This document shows positions 58,003 through 64,000 of a DNA stretch of 64,000 nt, piece after piece. The notes below the pieces were generated by a model that worked only from the letters and a program-made list of their open reading frames with translations, was not told where the DNA came from and did no database searches. This DNA is from a bacterium (GTDB taxonomy: Bacteria > Sysuimicrobiota > Sysuimicrobiia > Sysuimicrobiales > Segetimicrobiaceae), in the NCBI GenBank assembly GCA_035691305.1, contig DASSJF010000061.1, positions 1,329 to 65,328 of the forward strand. Direction: 5' to 3'. Numbering within the stretch: position 1 is the stretch's first letter; each line of letters starts with the position of its first letter. Position numbers and translations under genes: made by a program.

Positions 58003-58765
58003 CCGCGTCGACCCGCATCGCATGCATCTCCAGGAGTTTCGCGCGGACCTTGTTGGCCGCGGCGACGAATTCGACGTGGGAGCGCATCGCCGGATCTCTG
58101 GCGGGCGGCAGGCGCACCGGCACTTCTTCGACGATCTCGCCCGGCCTGGGCGACATGACGAGGATCCGATCGGAGAGGAAAACCGCTTCCTCGATGTCGT
58201 GGGTCACGAGCAGGGCGGTGGCGCGGAGCGTTCGGATCAGGGTGCCCAGCTCGGTCTGCAGGGCCTCTTTGGTCAGTTCGTCTACGCCGGTAAACGGCTC
58301 GTCCATCAGGGCGATCGACGGCTCGTGCACGAAGGCGCGCGCGATCGAGACCCGCCGCTGCATGCCGCCGGACAGTTCGATCGGATAACTCCGCTCGAAC
58401 CCCTTCATGCCGACCATGCCGATCAGCCGGTCGACGGTCCCCAAATCCTGTTTCTTGACGACCTCCAGCGGCAGCTTGACGTTGTCGTAGACGGTCCTCC
58501 ACCGCATCAGGCTCGAATCCTGGAAGACGTACCCGACGACGAACTGCCCGCCGGCCGTCTCCCGGCGGATGCTCCCGCTTCCGGGCTGCTCGACCCCCGC
58601 GATCAGGCGGAGGAGCGTGCTCTTACCGCACCCGCTCGGTCCGACAATCGCGACGGTCTCGCCCGTGCGCACCGACAGGGAGACGTCCTTGACCGCCTGG
58701 ACCTCGTTCCCCTTGACGGTCGTGTAGTGTTTGCTGACGTGCTCCAGGACGACGACGGAGTTCAT
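57995..58765 (-). CDS. ABC transporter ATP-binding protein, NitT/TauT (nitrate/sulfonate/bicarbonate) family
   Basis: Walker A 'GPSGCGKSTLLR', 'LSGGMQRRVSIARA' and 'ALMDEPFTGVD'. Confidence 0.85.
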   Translation of the reverse strand: MNSVVVLEHVSKHYTTVKGNEVQAVKDVSLSVRTGETVAIVGPSGCGKSTLLRLIAGVEQPGSGSIRRETAGGQFVVGYVFQDSSLMRWRTVYDNVKLPLEVVKKQDLGTVDRLIGMVGMKGFERSYPIELSGGMQRRVSIARAFVHEPSIALMDEPFTGVDELTKEALQTELGTLIRTLRATALLVTHDIEEAVFLSDRILVMSPRPGEIVEEVPVRLPPARDPAMRSHVEFVAAANKVRAKLLEMHAMRVDAAT

Positions 58766-58768
58766 GTC

Positions 58769-59554
58769 CTAACTCGACCGGTACCACGGCATGAGCTGCC
58801 GCGCGAGCACCACGACGATGCCGTACAGCAGCAGGCCCAGCGCCGTCAGGATGGTGAACGCGCCGAACGCCGCCACGGTGTTGAACGTATACTGCGAGTT
58901 CAGAATGAGGAAGCCGAGGCCCGCGTTGGAGCTGACGAACTCCGCGACGATCGCGCCGACCAGGGCGCCCGACACGCCGATCTTCAGTCCGTCGAAGAAG
59001 TACGGAAGGGAATTGGGGAGCCGCACCTTGTAGAAGATCGTCGCCCTGCCGGCGCGGAGCGACTGCAGGAGGTAGATCAGGTTGCGATCGACGTCGGTCA
59101 GGCCGGTGCTCACGTTGATGACGATCGGAAAGAACGTGAGGATCACGATCAGCAGGATCCTCGACGTGTTGGTGAAGCCCAGCAGTATGTAGATGATCGG
59201 CGCGATCGCCACCTTCGGCAGTACCTGAAGCGCCACGATGTACGGCATGAGGATCTTGCTCAGGATCGGCGAGAGCGTGATCACGAGGGCGATCGCAAAA
59301 CCCACGACGATGCCGATTACGGAGCCCGTGACGGCCTCGTTCAGGGTGATCAGCGTCTGCTGCAGCCAGTTGACGTGGCCGGTGAAGAAGACTTGCGCGA
59401 TCGCCAAGGGCGACGGGAACAGGTACGCCGGGATTCGCAACAGCTGCACCACGAGCTGCCACAGGACGATGCCGGCGACGAAAGAGAGAATCGGCAGGCC
59501 GTAGTCGGCCAGCCCCGGCAGGCCAAGTTTTCTCGGGCTGCCGATCGGCGCCAC
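58769..59554 (-). CDS. ABC transporter permease, NitT/TauT family
   Basis: BPD_transp_1 protein with six TM segments. Confidence 0.8.
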   Translation of the reverse strand: MAPIGSPRKLGLPGLADYGLPILSFVAGIVLWQLVVQLLRIPAYLFPSPLAIAQVFFTGHVNWLQQTLITLNEAVTGSVIGIVVGFAIALVITLSPILSKILMPYIVALQVLPKVAIAPIIYILLGFTNTSRILLIVILTFFPIVINVSTGLTDVDRNLIYLLQSLRAGRATIFYKVRLPNSLPYFFDGLKIGVSGALVGAIVAEFVSSNAGLGFLILNSQYTFNTVAAFGAFTILTALGLLLYGIVVVLARQLMPWYRSS

Positions 59555-59566
59555 GCCCCAGGCCCG

Positions 59567-60607
59567 CTACGGGTGCTCGGCGAACCGGTTCGTGTAGAGG
59601 GTTGTCGGGCTGAAGGCCTTCTCGATCTTGAACATCGCCTTGAGCTCCGGAAGCGTCGCCGCGACGAGCTGTGGATCGAACCACCCCAGCTGGAGCGGCT
59701 TCATCTTCCGGACCGTCCCGGCGTCCAGCCCGTACTGCGCCTTGAGCGCGACCTTCCACTCCGCCAGCGTCTGATCGTAGTCACGGCCCGGATTCTTGGC
59801 GATGAAGTCTTTGATGCATTGATCCGGCTTGACCACGCACAAGTAAAGCCCTTCGTTGAGCGCGGCGGCGATCGCCCCCGCGGTCCCCGGATTCCTGTCC
59901 ACGAGGCCCTTCTGGACCACCACGGCGCCCAGCGGCGAAGGCATGTGGTAATCGCCGAACAGGAACGATCCGATCTGCTGGCCCTGCTGCTTCGCGACGA
60001 TGTCGAGGCTGGCCAGGCCCCGCGCGAACTCGCAGATGGCGTCGACCCGCTTCTGCATCAGCGCCGGATGGAGCGCGCCGAAGCCGATGTTCTGAATCCT
60101 CACCTTGTCCTTGGCGATCCCCTGCTTCTGGAGGAAGATGTCGAGGTACTGTTCGGACAGGCTGCCGGTCGGGACCCCGATCGTCTTGCCGGCCAGGTCG
60201 CGGGGGGACTTAATGCCGCTCGACTGCAAGAAGATCAGGGCCACCGGATTCCTCGGCTCGTTCCCGGCGATGCCGATGAGCGGGGGCGCGCTGGGGTTCT
60301 TGTCGGCCAGCAGCATCTCGTCCAGGATATCTCCCTGCACGAAGGCGCGGCCCGTCCGGTCGGCCGCGACGGCCTGGACGGCCTGGGAGGTGCCCTCCAG
60401 GATTACGAAGTTCACCCTGAGGTTGTGCTTGGCGAAGATTCCCTCCGCGTCCGCGGCAAAGTCCTGAGGCGCACTGCTGGTAATCCCGCCGACGTAGTCG
60501 TTCACCGTCAGGGGCGTCCCGGGACTCGAGAAGACGGTGCCGTAGGCGGCGGCGACGCCGACGGCAATCACGAGGACCGCGGTCACGGCTCTGAGAACAC
60601 GAGGCAT
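59567..60607 (-). CDS. ABC transporter substrate-binding protein, NMT1/THI5-like (SsuA/TauA/ThiY-type)
   Basis: Signal peptide and a periplasmic-binding type-2 fold. Adjacent to the NitT/TauT permease and ATPase. Confidence 0.75.
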   Translation of the reverse strand: MPRVLRAVTAVLVIAVGVAAAYGTVFSSPGTPLTVNDYVGGITSSAPQDFAADAEGIFAKHNLRVNFVILEGTSQAVQAVAADRTGRAFVQGDILDEMLLADKNPSAPPLIGIAGNEPRNPVALIFLQSSGIKSPRDLAGKTIGVPTGSLSEQYLDIFLQKQGIAKDKVRIQNIGFGALHPALMQKRVDAICEFARGLASLDIVAKQQGQQIGSFLFGDYHMPSPLGAVVVQKGLVDRNPGTAGAIAAALNEGLYLCVVKPDQCIKDFIAKNPGRDYDQTLAEWKVALKAQYGLDAGTVRKMKPLQLGWFDPQLVAATLPELKAMFKIEKAFSPTTLYTNRFAEHP

Positions 60608-60845
60608 CCCATTCCTCCTCTGTTTCCCGGGCCCAGGGAAGGCGGCGGGTTGCGGGCGTCTGGGGTCGGCTCTCGATTCCAGGGGAACCCGCCCCTATCC
60701 TTGCGAGGCGTGATCGCGAACTTGGGGAGATACAGTACCGGGTTCGGCACTCTGCCCGGGGTGCGCCGAGCCGTGGTCGATCGAGTCACCTTTCAGGCCG
60801 AGCTCGACGCACGCCCCGTAGCCTGATGCGTGGAGGGAAGAACCC

Positions 60846-61271
60846 ATGAAATCCGCCTCGGCACAAATCGACGAAAGGATCAAGACGCTGGGGGACTGGC
60901 GCGGGAAGACGCTCGCAAAAGTGCGCGAGCTGATCCATGAGGCGGCCCCCGAGATCGTCGAGGAGTGGAAATGGGTGAAACCCACGAACCCTGGGATCCC
61001 GGTCTGGTCCCATAACGGCGGTATTTGTACGGGCGAGACCTACAAGCACGCGGTCAAGCTGACGTTCTTCAGGGGGGCGGCGTTGAATGATCCTTCACGT
61101 TTATTCAACTCCAGCCTGGAGGGCGGTGTTCGGCGCGCCATCGACATCCACGAAGGGGACAAGCTCAATGAGGGGGCCTTGAAGGCTCTTATCCGCGCCG
61201 CGGTGGCCCTCAATCTCCGGGGCGCGAACAAGCCGGATCGCCGGCGAACCAACGGCAGGCGAGCCCGCTAG
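60846..61271 (+). CDS. DUF1801-domain protein (YdhG-like)
   Basis: 'WRGKTLAKVRELIHEAAPEIVEEWKWVKP...GICTGETYKHAVKLTFFRGA' is a DUF1801-type sequence. Confidence 0.6.
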   Translation: MKSASAQIDERIKTLGDWRGKTLAKVRELIHEAAPEIVEEWKWVKPTNPGIPVWSHNGGICTGETYKHAVKLTFFRGAALNDPSRLFNSSLEGGVRRAIDIHEGDKLNEGALKALIRAAVALNLRGANKPDRRRTNGRRAR

Positions 61272-61361
61272 CTTCACGGCGTGTGGAGCACGACGTAGAA
61301 GCCGGCCACGTTATCGGCGGCGCTTGGCGGGCGCGCGATCGCCGGCCGCCCGCGGAGCGCG

Positions 61362-62321
61362 CTAACTTGCGACGAGTCCCGCATCCGCCCTTCGGCCCGC
61401 CGGCGCGAAGGCGGCCACGAAGCCTTCCCGCCAGCTCGGGTAGCGCAGCGTCCAACCGAGCTCGCGCTTCGCCTTCGCGTTCGAGGCACCGCGGGACCCG
61501 GTGGCCATCACGACCATGGCTTCGCCCGCGAACAGCCGTGCAAGCCAGGGGGAGACACGGCGGGGGGGCTTGGCCCCGAGCACGCTCGCGAGCACCGGGA
61601 GCCACTCGCGCATCGGCGCCGGCTCGTCGTCAACGACGTGGTAGATGCCGGCGCGGCCGCGTTCGAGCGCGAGCACGGTCGCCGCCGCGGCGTCCTCGAG
61701 GTGGATGAACGAGAAGATCCCGCCGCCGTCGCCGACGATTGGGAACCTCCCTTTGCGCACCGCCTCGAGCATTCCATCGTTCGGCGCGCCGTAGAAGCCG
61801 CCGTAGCGAAGGGCGATCCCACCCGCGCCCGTGACGGTCTCGTCCAGGCGGCGCATCGCGGCGGCGGTTTCCCGCATCGCCGCCACGGGCGTGGGGTCGA
61901 GCGGATCGTCCTCGGTTTTGACGGGCCCGCCCTCGCGCGCGTACCGCATGCTGGCGAAGCTCTGGGCGACGAACCGCCGAACGCCGGCCGCGCGCGCGGC
62001 GGCCAGGAGCGCGTCGGTGCCTTCGGTTCGCAGCCGATTGGTCTGCGCGAAACTGCGGTCGAAGTGCTTGAAGTCGCGCAGGTTCGTCAGCGCGGTCGCC
62101 TCGTGGACGATCGCCTCGGGTTTGGCCTCGAGCACCGCCTTGCGCACGGCGCCGGCGTCGAGCAGATCAAGCCGGATCGGCTCCGCGCCGAGCGCGCGCA
62201 CACGTTCGGCGTGCCCCGGCGATCGGAAGGTGCCGATCACCTCGTGGCCTCGAGCGGTCAATTGAGGGACGAGTCGAGTACCGATTGCACCGCTTGCTCC
62301 CACAACGAAAACCCGCATCAT
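61362..62321 (-). CDS. NAD(P)-dependent epimerase/dehydratase (extended SDR)
   Basis: 'MMRVFVVGASGAIGTRLV' Rossmann motif and a 'Y...K'-type active site. Start set at ATG 62321 with an AAAGGAG Shine-Dalgarno. The tracked ORF's upstream 220 aa is rejected. Confidence 0.8.
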   Translation of the reverse strand: MMRVFVVGASGAIGTRLVPQLTARGHEVIGTFRSPGHAERVRALGAEPIRLDLLDAGAVRKAVLEAKPEAIVHEATALTNLRDFKHFDRSFAQTNRLRTEGTDALLAAARAAGVRRFVAQSFASMRYAREGGPVKTEDDPLDPTPVAAMRETAAAMRRLDETVTGAGGIALRYGGFYGAPNDGMLEAVRKGRFPIVGDGGGIFSFIHLEDAAAATVLALERGRAGIYHVVDDEPAPMREWLPVLASVLGAKPPRRVSPWLARLFAGEAMVVMATGSRGASNAKAKRELGWTLRYPSWREGFVAAFAPAGRRADAGLVAS

Positions 62322-62408
62322 CTGCTCCTTTCGCGTGTCGTCACCACCATGACGAGCGGAGCTCTGCCGACGTGACAAACGCCACCAATCACTTGCTACC
62401 CTGAATGC

Positions 62409-62915
62409 ATGGGGAATCCCAAGGCAAGAAGGCCGCGTCGGCTGGTCGTGACGTTCGTCCTGATAGAGTTTGCGCTTTTTCTCGGGGGGTGGCGGGTTGG
62501 AGCGGGTCTCGCCGCGGCCGTGCTGCCTGGATTTGCGGGGGCTACTCCCGCGACGGCGGCCCCCGCCGGTCTCGCCGGCCGCTGGGTTGGGACCTGGAAG
62601 AGCGCTCAATTCCCGGCCAACGGACATTTCTCCGCCACGTTGTCGAGAAAGCCCGCGTGGTGGGGAGGCGCGGAAATCGTTGGGACGTTGGAATTCGGCG
62701 GAGACCGATGTGTGGGCGGATTGAAGGCGTCCGGCACTTACTACCGCGGGCGCGAGTATCTCCTCACCGCCAAGGCGGCAGACGGCGCGGTCCGGCTTAC
62801 AGCCACAGTGGCCATTTCGACCGGCGCGCCTCGATCTCTGTCCGGTCATTACGACGTCGCGCCGAGCGGGGCGTGCGGCGCCGATTCGGGAACGCTGAAG
62901 GCGACCGCGCGTTGA
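62409..62915 (+). CDS. Hypothetical small secreted protein
   Basis: An N-terminal TM/signal segment and Gly/Trp-rich mature part. GC3 is lower than in neighbouring genes and there is no clear Shine-Dalgarno. Confidence 0.35.
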   Translation: MGNPKARRPRRLVVTFVLIEFALFLGGWRVGAGLAAAVLPGFAGATPATAAPAGLAGRWVGTWKSAQFPANGHFSATLSRKPAWWGGAEIVGTLEFGGDRCVGGLKASGTYYRGREYLLTAKAADGAVRLTATVAISTGAPRSLSGHYDVAPSGACGADSGTLKATAR

Positions 62916-62998
62916 GGAATGCGCCGAAGGCCGACAGACGCCTCGGTTCTCTATAGAGGAACGTATTCCTCTATAGTGGAATAGCTCCAATCGACGCC

Positions 62999-63634
62999 AT
63001 GGCGGTCGCCGTTCGTCCGGTAACCGGTGTCAACATCCTCGACCTTGGCATCCGGATTCGCGAGGAACGTCAACGGCGTGAGCTGTCGCTCGCCGATCTC
63101 GCCGGACGCGCCGGTGTGAGCCGAAGCATGTTGTCGGGCGTCGAACGGGGGCAGAAGGTACCGACGGTCCTCGTCCTCGACCGCATCGCGACGGGCCTCG
63201 GCACAAGCATCGCCCGGCTGCTCGGCGAGCCGCAGACGCGCGACGTCGTGCTGTTGCGCCGCGAGGATCAGGACGTGGCGCGAGATCCGTCCGGCTGGGA
63301 ACGCCGGATTCTTTCGCCCGTGCTTCGAGGCGTCGAGTTCGAGTTCATGCGCACGACGATCGGTCCCGGTGTCAACGCGGGCGAATTTTCCCCGCATGCG
63401 CCGGGGTCCCGCGAATACGTCGCCGTCGAGCAGGGCGCGTTGCGGCTCACCATCGGCGGAACACCGTATACACTTCGTCCCGGCGACAGCATCTACTACG
63501 ATGGAAACTGCCGGCACGAGTTTGCCAACCCTGGTCGCGTGCCGTGCGTCTACTACCTCGCGATGGACCTGGCGGGAGATCCGAGGCGCGCCGGCCATCT
63601 CTCCGGCCAGCGGCGGCGCGGGCCCCGTCGATGA
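62999..63634 (+). CDS. XRE-family HTH transcriptional regulator with a C-terminal cupin domain
   Basis: 'LSLADLAGRAGVSRSMLSGVERGQKVPTV' is HTH_3. The C-terminus 'YTLRPGDSIYYDGNCRHEFAN' is Cupin_2. Confidence 0.85.
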   Translation: MAVAVRPVTGVNILDLGIRIREERQRRELSLADLAGRAGVSRSMLSGVERGQKVPTVLVLDRIATGLGTSIARLLGEPQTRDVVLLRREDQDVARDPSGWERRILSPVLRGVEFEFMRTTIGPGVNAGEFSPHAPGSREYVAVEQGALRLTIGGTPYTLRPGDSIYYDGNCRHEFANPGRVPCVYYLAMDLAGDPRRAGHLSGQRRRGPRR

Positions 63635-64000
63635 CCCGCCGCCGCCGTGCTCGTGTCAAGGTGCGATCGGCGGCCGCGGTCGATACCGGACGCGGCGGCG
63701 CCGCGCCCCGCGACGAGCCGCGGACGCTCGCGATGAGCCCCGCGGAGTTCCGGCGCCTCGGCCACCGCGCGGTCGACCTGGTGGCGGAGTACCTCGCCGG
63801 CGCTCGCGACAGGCCGGTGTACCGGCCGATGACCGTCGAGCAGCGCCGCGCCCTGCTCGAGCAGCCGCTCCCTGACGACGGCCTCTCCCCCGAAGCGGCG
63901 CTTCGCCGGCTTCAGGAATCCGTGCTGCCCCATCCGATGGGCAACGGCCACCCGCGCTTCTTCGGGTGGGTCAACGCGCCGCCGGCGCCGGTCGCGGTGC
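63631..64000 (+). CDS. Pyridoxal-dependent (group II) amino-acid decarboxylase; 3'-partial at the window edge
   Basis: The ATG overlaps the regulator stop as 'ATGA'. 'EFRRLGHRAVDLVAEYLAG...RPVYRPMTVEQRRALLEQPLPDDGLSPEAALRRLQESVLPHPMGNGHPRFFGWVN' is the typical AADC/GAD-family N-terminus. Confidence 0.75.
   Translation, partial: MTRRRRARVKVRSAAAVDTGRGGAAPRDEPRTLAMSPAEFRRLGHRAVDLVAEYLAGARDRPVYRPMTVEQRRALLEQPLPDDGLSPEAALRRLQESVLPHPMGNGHPRFFGWVNAPPAPVAV

Noticed and set aside
58022-60826. 934-aa ORF on the plus strand
   Set aside because: Antisense to the NitT/TauT ABC operon. Arg/Asp/His low-complexity.
60608-60845. TPP (THI-element) riboswitch upstream of the ThiY-like SBP gene
   Set aside because: Only loose resemblance (GGGGCG...GAGAG...ACCC). 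The diagnostic CUGAGA and ACCUGAUCUGGAUAAUGCCAGCG elements are not present. Kept only as an unclassified structured leader.

Overview
This is a high-GC (~70%) bacterial chromosomal window centred on the replication origin, gene-dense and mostly core. The contiguous origin block runs gyrA, gyrB, a DUF370 (RemB-like) gene, dciA (DUF721), recF, an S4-domain yaaA, dnaN and dnaA on the minus strand. Divergent from it on the plus strand are rpmH, rnpA, yidD, yidC, jag/khpB, rsmG, parA and parB. DnaA boxes and an AT-rich stretch mark a likely oriC in the dnaA-dnaN gap, and a second, denser DnaA-box cluster lies upstream near rpmH. Two parS sites are present. Downstream of the origin block are a pdxR/HD-hydrolase/pdxS/pdxT locus and a peptide ABC importer (no ATPase subunit) with a CapA-family gene, uppP, a molybdo-hydroxylase large subunit, PaiB and PlsC. 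Further on are an OpuC-type osmoprotectant ABC system flanked by two SDRs and a creatininase-family amidohydrolase, a YceI / S9 peptidase / M20 dipeptidase operon, and a NitT/TauT ABC transporter convergent to an LLM flavin oxidoreductase. No transposase, integrase, CRISPR array or rRNA was seen; tRNAs were not systematically searched. Three things look most novel: (1) a GHKL-ATPase plus HTH gene wedged between dnaA and the rpmH-proximal DnaA-box cluster, apparently inside the dnaA transcription unit; (2) a secreted tandem-repeat Tyr/Arg/Pro/Gln-rich membrane protein with no recognisable family; (3) three tandem small paralogs that resemble the DUF3830/cyclophilin-like family, translationally coupled to the LLM oxidoreductase. 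Many of the long ORFs in the six-frame track are antisense or out-of-frame artefacts of the high GC content and were rejected.
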